Assembly (NCBI RefSeq): GCF_001194135.2
Contig: NC_068991.1
Coordinates: forward strand, 52,322,242 to 52,374,395
Reading direction: 5' to 3'
Source of the DNA: Octopus bimaculoides
Taxonomy: Eukaryota
DNA: 52,154 nt
Shown: positions 1-11,040 of the stretch, one piece after another
Position numbering within the stretch: the first letter of the stretch is position 1
How the letters are laid out: every line of letters begins with the position of its first letter
Translations under genes and position numbers: made by a program
Notes under the pieces: generated by a model
Databases searched by the model: none
What the model was told of the DNA's origin: nothing
What the model saw: the letters and a program-made list of their open reading frames with translations, nothing else

Positions 1-32
<32 letters not shown>

Positions 33-497
33 GCGCACATGTATACATACATACATATATATATATATGTCTGTGTGTGCGAGAGAGAGGAGAGACAGAG
101 TTAGTGTAGTATGTATGTGTATATTAATTTAGTTTTTATCAGTGGTTATATAAGTATCTCAATTTTTAGCCTACAAGATCTTATCTTCTCTACAGGATTG
201 CTACATAAAACATGTCACACAAGTTCAGCTTGCCTCGAGTTAAATGATGAATGTATATTTATAAATATATCTTTGCGTAAATAAATACATTAATGTATGT
301 GTGAGCGTCTGTCTGTGTGCGAATGTTTATACATTGTACACAAATATAGGTACTTGTATCAGTACAGTGGGACAATATACTGAATTGAATTAAGAAACAC
401 GCATAAAAATACATTTATACATATGATATATATATATACACGTAGTATATATAAATGATAAAAATACCCACACTCATGCATACATGTAAATACACAA

Positions 498-535
<38 letters not shown>

Positions 536-959
536 GTATANNNNNNNNNNATACATACATACATACATACATACATACACACAAGCGCGCACACACATAA
601 GCACACCTATGTTATATACTTATTTGGGTTGAATCAGAATCCGTTTCTTTCGCCTGCGGTTGCACAAAGTCCTCAGTTAAGTTACGTTAGACAACAGACT
701 TTCTAAATTCTTATGACATCAATAGCATACAATTTTCGTTTGTAAGAATAAATTTTCTAAAATCAGTAGAGAGACTGAAAAGATTGCTTTGGTCCAATGG
801 TAGAACGTCTGTCATGTGTACAGAACATGTTTGAGTTCTATGTGTTCTACATTTTCTATTCAAAGGCTTTTCTAGCTCACTATATTTACACGCTATTATT
901 TATAGCTTTATCTTTACTCAACTAGCTACCACGACGCGCTACATGTCATATGATGAAAT

Positions 960-1070
960 GATCGCAGAGCAACGTGACATAAAGTGTCTTGCTCAACGCA
1001 CGGTCTGGGAATTGAAACCACGATCTCGCAATCATGAGTGCAACACCTTAACCACTAAGCCATCTGCCTT
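960..1070 (-). mobile_element. SINE family C 5' part (tRNA-derived head)
   Basis: Reverse strand reads AAGGCAGATGGCTTAGTGGTTAAGG...GGTTTCAATTCCCAG...TTGAGCAAGACAC: Pol III A-box and B-box-like motifs followed by a CORE-like segment. Confidence 0.75.
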
Positions 1071-1195
<125 letters not shown>

Positions 1196-2320
1196 TGATA
1201 AATGGTAATTGATAAAGAATATGGGATACTATGAGAAGGTTAAAATTGCAACAGTGCGTTGCTACTTGAATTATGAGTCTTTGAATGAGTAGATTCTGCT
1301 ATTTGTAATATGGTTTAGATCAACTATCTTCAGAGGCAAAAGTTGTAATGAAATTAATCTACCTGAGTCGCTTAATCAAATTTCATAAGGTCAGCCCTTT
1401 GCCTTAAGAAACCCTAGAGGTAGTAAATTAATCAAATTCCTGTTTAGAAGCCATCGAATAAACATACAAAAAATCTAATATATATNNNNNNNNNNNNNNN
1501 NNNNNNNNNNNNNNNNNNNNNNNNNNNNNNNNNNNNNNNNNNNNNNNNNNNNNNNNNNNNNNNNNNNNNNNNNNNNNNNNNNNNNNNNNNNNNNNNNNNN
1601 NNNNNNNNNNNNNNNNNNNNNNNNNNNNNNNNNNNNNNNNNNNNNNNNNNNNNNNNNNNNNNNNNNNNNNNNNNNNNNNNNNNNNNNNNNNNNNNNNNNN
1701 NNNNNNNNNNNNNNNNNNNNNNNNNNNNNNNNNNNNNNNNNNNNNNNNNNNNNNNNNNNNNNNNNNNNNNNNNNNNNNNNNNNNNNNNNNNNNNNNNNNN
1801 NNNNNNNNNNNNNNNNNNNNNNNNNNNNNNNNNNNNNNNNNNNNNNNNNNNNNNNNNNNNNNNNNNNNNNNNNNNNNNNNNNNNNNNNNNNNNNNNNNNN
1901 NNNNNNNNNNNNNNNNNNNNNNNNNNNNNNNNNNNNNNNNNNNNNNNNNNNNNNNNNNNNNNNNNNNNNNNNNNNNNNNNNNNNNNNNNNNNNNNNNNNN
2001 NNNNNNNNNNNNNNNNNNNNNNNNNNNNNNNNNNNNNNNNNNNNNNNNNNNNNNNNNNNNNNNNNNNNNNNNNNNNNNNNNNNNNNNNNNNNNNNNNNNN
2101 NNNNNNNNNNNNNNNNNNNNNNNNNNNNNNNNNNNNNNNNNNNNNNNNNNNNNNNNNNNNNNNNNNNNNNNNNNNNNNNNNNNNNNNNNNNNNNNNNNNN
2201 NNNNNNNNNNNNNNNNNNNNNNNNNNNNNNNNNNNNNNNNNNNNNNNNNNNNNNNNNNNNNNNNNNNNNNNNNNNNNNNNNNNNNNNNNNNNNNNNNNNN
2301 NNNNNNNNNNNNNNNNNNNN

Positions 2321-2484
2321 ATGCGGAGGAGTGGCTGTGTGGTAAGTAGCTTGTTTACCAACCACATGGTTCCGGGTTCAGTCCCAGTGCGTGGCACCTT
2401 GGGCAAGTGTCTTCTACTATAGCCTCGGGCTGACCAAAACCTTGTGAGTGGATTTGATAGACGGAAACTGAAAGTAGCCCGTCG

Positions 2485-2517
<33 letters not shown>

Positions 2518-2760
2518 GTGTGTCTGTGTTTGTGTCCCCAACATGTGTGTTTGTGTGTCTGTGTTTGTCTCCCCAATATCGCTTGACAACTGATGCTGGT
2601 GTTTTTACGTCCCCGTAACTTAGCGGTTCGGCAAAAGACACCGATATAATAAGTACTAGGCTTACAAAGAATAAGTCCTGGGGTCGATTTGCTCGACTAA
2701 AAGCAGTCCTTCAGCATGGCCGCAGTCAAATGACTGAACCAAGTAAAAGAATAAAAGAAT
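2321..2760 (+). mobile_element. SINE family A, near full length, internal (TA)/(TG) microsatellite
   Basis: Head GTGGCTGTGTGGTAAG (A box), GGTTCAGTCCC (B box), CORE-like GGCACCTTGGGCAAGTG, 3' end CAAGTAAAAGAATAAAAG. Homologous to copies at 12927, 23431, 33372 and 48165. Confidence 0.9.
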
Positions 2761-2814
2761 ATGTATAAATACATACCATACATACATACATATATATGTG
2801 TGTGTGTGTGTGCG

Positions 2815-2845
<31 letters not shown>

Positions 2846-3370
2846 GCATATATATATATATATTTATACATACATATATATATANNNNNNNNNNNNNNNN
2901 NNNNNNNNNNNNNNNNNNNNNNNNNNNNNNNNNNNNNNNNNNNNNNNNNNNNNNNNNNNNNNNNNNNNNNNNNNNNNNNNNNNNNNNNNNNNNNNNNNNN
3001 NNNNNNNNNNNNNNNNNNNNNNNNNNNNNNNNNNNNNNNNNNNNNNNNNNNNNNNNNNNNNNNNNNNNNNNNNNNNNNNNNNNNNNNNNNNNNNNNNNNN
3101 NNNNNNNNNNNNNNNNNNNNNNNNNNNNNNNNNNNNNNNNNNNNNNNNNNNNNNNNNNNNNNNNNNNNNNNNNNNNNNNNNNNNNNNNNNNNNNNNNNNN
3201 NNNNNNNNNNNNNNNNNNNNNNNNNNNNNNNNNNNNNNNNNNNNNNNNNNNNNNNNNNNNNNNNNNNNNNNNNNNNNNNNNNNNNNNNNNNNNNNNNNNN
3301 NNNNNNNNNNNNNNNNNNNNNNNNNNNNNNNNNNNNNNNNNNNNNNNNNNNNNNNNNNNNNNNNNNNNNN

Positions 3371-3404
<34 letters not shown>

Positions 3405-3514
3405 GCTTCATACTTGACCTAATAGTTACTCAGATTTCACGTTCGCAATCAAAACACGTGTTTTTTATCATCTGCTCACGATACGAGACCAGGATATTCA
3501 AAATGTGTCTCCGT

Positions 3515-3630
3515 TGAGTGAATATTCGATCGGCTGAACCACCTCCTCTTTGAATTATCGTTCAAGTGGCCGAACGTTGCACAGGCATGTGTTCCCTTAA
3601 CATTATCTCAGACAGAATCCGCGTAATACA
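3515..3630 (-). mobile_element. degenerate SINE fragment (probably family C body)
   Basis: CGTTCAAGTGG...GCACAGGCATGTGTTCCCTTAAC matches, from recall, the body of a common octopus SINE; heavily diverged. Confidence 0.35.
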
Positions 3631-4229
3631 TTGTAATAAGAATAGACCTTAGTGGAGAACCGACTGAAGCCCTATGACTAAAATCGGGTCGATGGAAAGT
3701 GTGTAGAAGCTCATTGGTTCGAACTCGGGGACATGATGACCGTAAATTTCATAACAATTCTCTCATACTGCATCTATTGGAGCAGGGTAAGAACTTGGAA
3801 AGGGCAACATGGAATACTCTGAACAAACACTTTATGTTAGAGTCTTTGATAAACCCAGAAAACAAGTCTGTTGCCTGTTTTTTTTTTCTTGTTTATTTTG
3901 GGTTTTTTCAGTTAAAGTATACTTAGTCTCAAGCATACGGCATATAGAGAGGACAGCAATCTCCCATGACAGAGTCTCGAGTTGATCAATACATTGTAAG
4001 AGAAATTTGGTTAAAATTGTGCAGAAGCTTGCAATATGCGCGCGCGCATGTGTACGGGTGTGCGTGTATGTGTGATTGTGCATACCTGTGTTTCCACTGA
4101 CGTAAATCTGTGATGGTTAGAAACACCGATGAGGAACACGTATCGCCAATAATTTAGGGTCTAAGTCTTGAAATAAATTGAGTTCCACAGAGACTTCGTT
4201 GTTACTGATGCATTTATAAAGGCATTAAA

Positions 4230-5400
4230 TCAGTGAACGGTCACTTAAAAACCCGGAACCCACAAAACTTATATTCCCAAACTGTGATATCAAATAAAGA
4301 ATACAAGTATGGAATTCGGTACGAAGACGATAGTATGTCTGCTATAAAAACGAACGACCATATCGAGAGTCATGGAATAAAACTACCACTAGGGTATGGA
4401 ATTGGTGAAGTTTAAGAGGTGTAAGTTCATGAATTGAATACTCTGAGGAGAGTTTGAATCAACAACAATAAATGCGAAGGAGGTGGGGAGAGGATTTCAG
4501 TTCGGTTTAATAGCAGGACGAGTAAAATGTCTAACGTCTTGAACTCTCGTACATAAATAAAATAATAAAAACAAAATTTTTTTTCTTATTCTAATCCGTT
4601 TGGTGAGCAAGAACTTGAAACTTTGAGCTTTCAGTTTCTCACGGTAATGAAATTGTTTGACATTCCACAAACTATCGTGTGAGATAGTTAGAATGACAGA
4701 CTTAAATATAGCGTTAGTGCAAGAGATGGAAACGTAGACAGAGAGTAAGCTATAAAATTGTTATTAAACGGAATATTCCAAACACACAACTTTATTGGTT
4801 CATGCCTAAATAGTTATTATTATTGTAAAATGACATTCGGACAGTTCCTCTGATCTTGTTTATTTTATAGAAATAATGGGATAAAGTAAGGAAATCCACT
4901 GTCTACGTTTTCTTTATGACCAAAAAGTCTGGAGAAGGGATTTAATACGCATTCAGAAAAGATTGAATAAGATAAATAAACTAGGTTTATATATTACAAA
5001 TGCGGATGAATTATTACAGTATTATGCTGAGTTTGTTGCTAATAGAAAGGTAATTAGAGATATAAGAAAATAAACTACTTCGTGGACAGTTTGAAAGAAA
5101 CACTACAAGTTTAAGACAAAATCTGGTTCTGATTGTACAAAATACAGTAGCTGTTCCAAATCAGATCACTTTATACAAAATTTAAAGCAAAATGTGTTTA
5201 TTATGTGAGTGACACTGACCAGTATAGCCAGAAGACGTATGATTTTGTGGCCAGTGGCTATGAAATACCGTTCTTCACCGTTTACTAACGAATTAACTAA
5301 CACTGCATGGACAAAGTGTGTGTAATCCAATCTTCAATACAATCTGTGCCAAATATGGATTTCATTCCGAAACATAATAAGTACATGTAATAGGAAATAG
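4230..5400 (+). pseudogene. ancient R4/Dong-like LINE remnant (RT C-terminal region)
   Basis: Interrupted frames give GIRYEDD...ESHGIKLP (cf. GMEFGLDKC...SEGIELP), KKSGEG (cf. RKEGGRG), LLRGQFER (cf. LHGQFER) and YDFVA (cf. RHDxVA) in collinear order; many stops and frameshifts. Confidence 0.45.
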
Positions 5401-5589
5401 AGTGAAAAACAAGCGAAGTAAATTATTCAAAATTTACACAGGTTATTATGTAAGTAAATAACACTGAAGAAATTAGTTCTCAGCAAGTTGATTTCACCTG
5501 CCAGTTTTGTTTTCCCTTGATTGTGCTAGTGCAGGAGGGCATGAGCATCACACAACCTCCTATATTCCGCTTATGGTTTTTTTTTTAAT

Positions 5590-5806
5590 ATTGGTATCAA
5601 ATTCTGGGACAAGACCAGCAATTTCGAGGGAGGGAGTAAATCGATCACATCGACTGCAGTGTTCAACTAGTACTTATTTTATCGTCCCCCAAAAGGGATA
5701 AAAAGCAAAGTAGCCTCCGGTTGTATTTGAACTCAGAACGTAAAAGTCGGAAAAATGCCACTAAGCATTTTCCGGTGCGGTAACGATTCTGCTAGCCCGC
5801 CGTCTT
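5590..5806 (-). mobile_element. SINE family B
   Basis: Reverse complement of the GGCGGCGAGCTGGCAGAATCGTTAGC-type head plus body; ATGGTTTT on both flanks is a possible TSD. Confidence 0.85.
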
Positions 5807-7354
5807 AATGGTTTTCTATATTAGAAGTTATTTAACTCCACCTTGACACAAATCGATCGTAATTCCGAGGTTTTTCAATGATCAGATTTGAGTAAATGAA
5901 TAACATACGGAAGTACAGTTAGAGTTGCGTACATAAATTCAATTTTCAACGTAATCGTCTATTGTGCTACACAGTATTAAACAAATAAACTCTCCTGACG
6001 CGAGAGGTGAACGCCTCAGATAATTTGTAATATTGCATTATCATTAAACTTCTACAACACTGATGTTAAAAAGATTCCACTTGCGAAGAGATGGCCATCT
6101 GCTTAAAACCTGTTAGCATAGTTTCTTTCTTGTCTACCTTTTCTTTTCTTTTGTTTAATGTTTCGGAAGAATTTAGAGTTGAAGGAAACTATGTAAAAAG
6201 GTTTTTGACAGCAACATCGAAATGAAAATATTTCTGACTCGACTGAAACTCTGGAACGATATCCAGTTTTCTTAATGGATCCATCAAATTAGTTGAGATA
6301 CAATTTAGAACCTCAGTTCTTCAACTATAATGCAGTTGTACTTCAATTCTGTGGCCTATCAAAAGAATATTCGCCTCTAAAAATTGATATCTCTTATTGG
6401 AATATTAGAAGCAGCTGTTGAAGATTGTTTTAGNNNNNNNNNNNNNNNNNNNNNNNNNNNNNNNNNNNNNNNNNNNNNNNNNNNNNNNNNNNNNNNNNNN
6501 NNNNNNNNNNNNNNNNNNNNNNNNNNNNNNNNNNNNNNNNNNNNNNNNNNNNNNNNNNNNNNNNNNNNNNNNNNNNNNNNNNNNNNNNNNNNNNNNNNNN
6601 NNNNNNNNNNNNNNNNNNNNNNNNNNNNNNNNNNNNNNNNNNNNNNNNNNNNNNNNNNNNNNNNNNNNNNNNNNNNNNNNNNNNNNNNNNNNNNNNNNNN
6701 NNNNNNNNNNNNNNNNNNNNNNNNNNNNNNNNNNNNNNNNNNNNNNNNNNNNNNNNNNNNNNNNNNNNNNNNNNNNNNNNNNNNNNNNNNNNNNNNNNNN
6801 NNNNNNNNNNNNNNNNNNNNNNNNNNNNNNNNNNNNNNNNNNNNNNNNNNNNNNNNNNNNNNNNNNNNNNNNNNNNNNNNNNNNNNNNNNNNNNNNNNNN
6901 NNNNNNNNNNNNNNNNNNNNNNNNNNNNNNNNNNNNNNNNNNNNNNNNNNNNNNNNNNNNNNNNNNNNNNNNNNNNNNNNNNNNNNNNNNNNNNNNNNNN
7001 NNNNNNNNNNNNNNNNNNNNNNNNNNNNNNNNNNNNNNNNNNNNNNNNNNNNNNNNNNNNNNNNNNNNNNNNNNNNNNNNNNNNNNNNNNNNNNNNNNNN
7101 NNNNNNNNNNNNNNNNNNNNNNNNNNNNNNNNNNNNNNNNNNNNNNNNNNNNNNNNNNNNNNNNNNNNNNNNNNNNNNNNNNNNNNNNNNNNNNNNNNNN
7201 NNNNNNNNNNNNNNNNNNNNNNNNNNNNNNNNNNNNNNNNNNNNNNNNNNNNNNNNNNNNNNNNNNNNNNNNNNNNNNNNNNNNNNNNNNNNNNNNNNNN
7301 NNNNNNNNNNNNNNNNNNNNNNNNNNNNNNNNNNNNNNNNNNNNNNNNNNNNNN

Positions 7355-7432
7355 GCCGAAGAACACGACGCACTTCCAGTCTGGAAATCTTGCGATCTTG
7401 AGGGCAACACCGCAACCACTACGCCAGCACGT
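7355..7432 (-). mobile_element. SINE family C head fragment at a gap edge
   Basis: Reverse strand TGGCGTAGTGGTTGCGGTGTTGCCCTCAAGATCGCAAGAT resembles the head at 960-1070. Confidence 0.55.
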
Positions 7433-7572
7433 ATGCATACACACACACACACACACACATACACACACACACACACACAGAATGCATACCTATTAGTTTG
7501 AGTCACTCTGACGAAAACTCGTATCTTTTATGTCTGTCTGTCTCCTGTCTGTTTGTCTGTCTGTATGGTTGG

Positions 7573-7629
<57 letters not shown>

Positions 7630-7662
7630 TGTATATGTAACGCAGACATGTCTGTATGCCTG

Positions 7663-7697
<35 letters not shown>

Positions 7698-7747
7698 CTG
7701 CCTATATGTATGTATGTATGCATACACACACACACACACACACACAT
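7433..7747. repeat. (CA)n, (GATA)n, (TA)/(TG)n microsatellite cluster
   Basis: Directly visible. Confidence 0.9.
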
Positions 7748-7912
7748 NNNNNNNNNNNNNNNNNNNNNNNNNNNNNNNNNNNNNNNNNNNNNNNNNNNNN
7801 NNNNNNNNNNNNNNNNNNNNNNNNNNNNNNNNNNNNNNNNNNNNNNNNNNNNNNNNNNNNNNNNNNNNNNNNNNNNNNNNNNNNNNNNNNNNNNNNNNNN
7901 NNNNNNNNNNNN

Positions 7913-9316
7913 AAATAGTGTGATTCAAATTTGTTGGTACTCCGAGTTTCAAGCGTGATACCTCAAGGCCAGACAAAACATCCTGCAAGCGTGAGTTTAA
8001 GAGGCTATGTTCTACAGTCTGTCCATGAGGAGCAATTCCACAACATTCAAAAGCACGCTTTATAGTTTCTGTATTTAAAGTGGCAACAGCTTGGGTCACA
8101 AAGTTCACTACCTCTTGATAAGAAGGTTTTTTGCGATATCCTTTATTTGTATACTATTTTTTGCCATTTGAAAACCAATTCTCCAATTCTGTACGAATGG
8201 CTTTCTTGAAAGGACCAATAACTGATACATCTAACGGCTGCAAGTAAGATGTTGCTTTAAGAGGTATAAGTTTTAAAATTGTATTCCTACGTTTGAACAC
8301 TTCTAGGAGCTCTGTTTTCTTGTGCACTGAGCATTCATCCATGAATAGCACTGAATTTTGAGCATGGAATAGCTGTGCTGTTCTCTGCCCAAGCACTTTG
8401 TCAGCCCACAGCTGCATGAGTTCATATGTGATTGATCCCCTGTTGGAGACAGTTAAGTAAATATTCTTTGAGACCTTGAGTTTAGGCACTTTTTCAATCC
8501 TTTAAGGATAATCATTGTTTTCAACACCTTTTCTGCAGCATTAACACACAACGCAGTAGTAAAACAAGCTTTGGTAGCATCACAGTGGCTAGCATCTAAA
8601 TTTTTATTGCCAACAAAGTCTATGGTTGTATAACTGTTGTTAACACTGAAATGCTATCTAGATAGTCCCTGGCGATTTGTGCCTTTTCTCCAAGTGTTCT
8701 ATTGTCTGCTTGACCAACATGTGTAATCTTTCTCACAGTCAGTTTATTCTGTTTCATAAAATTGAAAATCCATTTATCAGAACATCTAAAGCTACTCGTT
8801 TCAATTCCAAAACGTTTTACCAATTCAAAAGTATATTCCCGTAAAACGGCGATAATTTTTACAATTATATTGTGTGCATGCTGAACAACAATCTACTGTA
8901 AGAGTTCAGTCTCTAGGTCTCTATGTGTTGGTCCTCTACCGCCACCAATTGATCTGCGCCTCCTCTTGTCTGACATATCGATTAACTCAGTTTCTTTTGT
9001 GCACCATTCTCTCAATCGTTTTCTATCAATATCTAAGTCTCTTGACGTAGCAGATAAATTGCCAGATTGCTCTTTCACTCGTTTAATAGCTCTCAATTCT
9101 TCACTAATGGTATATGGTCGTTGAATACGTTTTGATATATTTTCTTTCGACTTCATTATTGGGAATAAAAATCCTTTCAATTTATCTACATACGTAGGGC
9201 AAATGAACGTCTAAACAGAATGCAAACAAGAACATTAACTCTGATTCAATTTTTAACCCCAAATAAACGCCCATGGATGATCTAATGGATGAGCAGATTT
9301 TCGGAAAACCCCGGTA
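7913..9316 (-). mobile_element. pogo-superfamily DNA transposon (Passer/POGK-like, DD35D), defective
   Basis: ATG at 9156. Brinker-DBD-like N-terminus (YTISEELRAI...SATSRDLDIDRKRLREW), CENP-B-type HTH (FRCSDKWIFNFMKQNKLTVRKIT), and DDE_1 domain with MDECSVH...LQPLD (35 residues between the two Asp). In-frame stop at 8893-8895, frameshifts near 8490-8620, first catalytic Asp (NMDET) motif absent. Candidate left end TA|CCGGGGTTTTCCG at ~9301-9316; right end runs into the gap. Confidence 0.9.
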
Positions 9317-9324
9317 TATATACA

Positions 9325-9969
9325 GAGAAATAAGAACCCACAGTATGGTAGAAGCCATAGCCACTCATAATATAAAGGAATACTGGTGGAATGTCCCAGT
9401 GAAGACCTCAATAAAATGTAAGCACAACAGACCTGATATAATGATTTGGGATAGAGAAGAGAAACTGTGTACAGTTGTGGAAATTAGCTGCCCAGCGGAT
9501 GTTAACATAAAGCTGATGATCAGTGAAAAAAGAACACCTATGCTGAACTATTCAGAAATCTGCAGTTACTCTGTCCAGATTACAATTTCAGGTTTATACC
9601 TATAATTATTGGGGCTCTGAGATATGTAACACACTGCCTAAATACCAATCTTGAAAAATTAGGCTTCTCAAAACCAAAAAGAAGAAAGCTAATTCGAAGA
9701 CTACAGATCCAATCCATTATTGGAACTGTAAAAATCTGTAAAACTTTCCAGAAGTTTATCATTTAAATATATATGAGCATGTCTAGATATACAACTATAT
9801 GCATGAGAATACATACATACATACATACATACATACATACATACATACATACATACATACCCCGTTGTTGATGTTGAAATTCCAATGAAGGAGCCTAGAA
9901 TCTAGGTTAGAAACCGGTTTTTTCTCTATCGGCTAAAAACCTTGATATAAACTGAATAATGACATACAT
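9325..9969 (+). mobile_element. 5'-truncated RLE-type (R4/Dong-like) LINE 3' end
   Basis: EYWWNVPVKTSIKCKHNRPDIMIWD...VVEISCP (PD..E restriction-like endonuclease); after a frameshift, FIPIIIGALRYV...GTVKICKTFQKFII* (stop 9764-9766). 3' UTR contains an internal (TACA)n and ends in GACATACAT. Confidence 0.85.
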
Positions 9970-10937
9970 TTATTTTATTCAATTTGATAATTCTAGAGAG
10001 TATTATACTTATTTTGTGCGTAACCCACCCTATAAATAAGTATATTTAAAATTGCAGCTATACTCCAATATGGGAAATAAATATTCTGAAACGGGTAGTA
10101 GCAAGTGCCACTTTATAAACCTAAGCTCTCGTCAAGACCAAACTTATGATGCATTTTCAATTTACACTCGAGGCATTTCAATTTTACGTTCACTGCCAAA
10201 AACTCTTTCAAAAGGCCTGAATATCAATCACTCTTTGTATTATCTCTTTTCTAAAATATGTTCTTGGTAGTTGGTCAGAGAAAATAATATTATAAAACTA
10301 GTACTGTAATAGGTAATCTGTGAAGCTTAACCCGGTTTTAATGTTATTCACCTCGTTTAAACTCTACTAAAATGATTGGCTCAATATCCTTTACCTTGTT
10401 AATTCTTACGTGTTGTCTCTCGTCAAACAAACTGCCGTGAATGAGTTGGCGTTAAATGTTAAACTCGATAAGAACCAGCAATACAACAATATAACAGAGT
10501 AGAGTTTCATCCTCACAAAACTAATCGAAACATTTTAACAAGATGCCTTCTTTCTTTGTCTTCTTTTTTCTGTCTAAGAACGAAAATAAATCTTTCTGCC
10601 AAATTATTTCCAAGTTATAGATGTGGTATGCGCAACTAATACACTTCCATACTATTTCTGTCTGTACATAAACATAGTATATTGTTGTTATGAGATATAC
10701 CCAGGAATGCCAGCAGCACGAAAAACAAGTAGCAAAGTGGTACTAATCTGCTTAATATAGTGGGCCAGGTAACTCATTAATTAAATAAATTAACAGCAAT
10801 AGTGATAATAGAAAAAGCTTTGTTAATGATTAATTCTGAATGAGAAGGCTAAAGGAGATAATCGTAGAAGTTAAATTAATTGGCCAAATTGATGTACACG
10901 CTTCTGATGGAATCCAATAAGATTCGAAAATCGAATG

Positions 10938-11040
10938 CCTTGTGAGTGGATTTGGTTGACGGAAACTGAAAGAAGCCCGTCGTGTGTGTATGTATATATA
11001 TATATATATATATACGTATGTGTCCGTGTTTGTCCCCCAA
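10938..11040 (+). mobile_element. SINE family A internal fragment
   Basis: GCCTTGTGAGTGGATTTGGTTGACGGAAACTGAAAGAAGCCCGTCG + microsatellite + GTTTGTCCCCCAA; truncated on both sides. Confidence 0.85.

Noticed and set aside
780-845. tRNA-like A-box (TGGTCCAATGG) segment, and SINE heads generally
   Set aside because: No complete cloverleaf; these are SINE-head remnants rather than tRNA genes.
6300-6433. Possible hAT dimerisation-domain remnant (FCGLSKEYSPL...VEDCF)
   Set aside because: Resemblance is too weak, needs a frameshift, and is cut by the gap.
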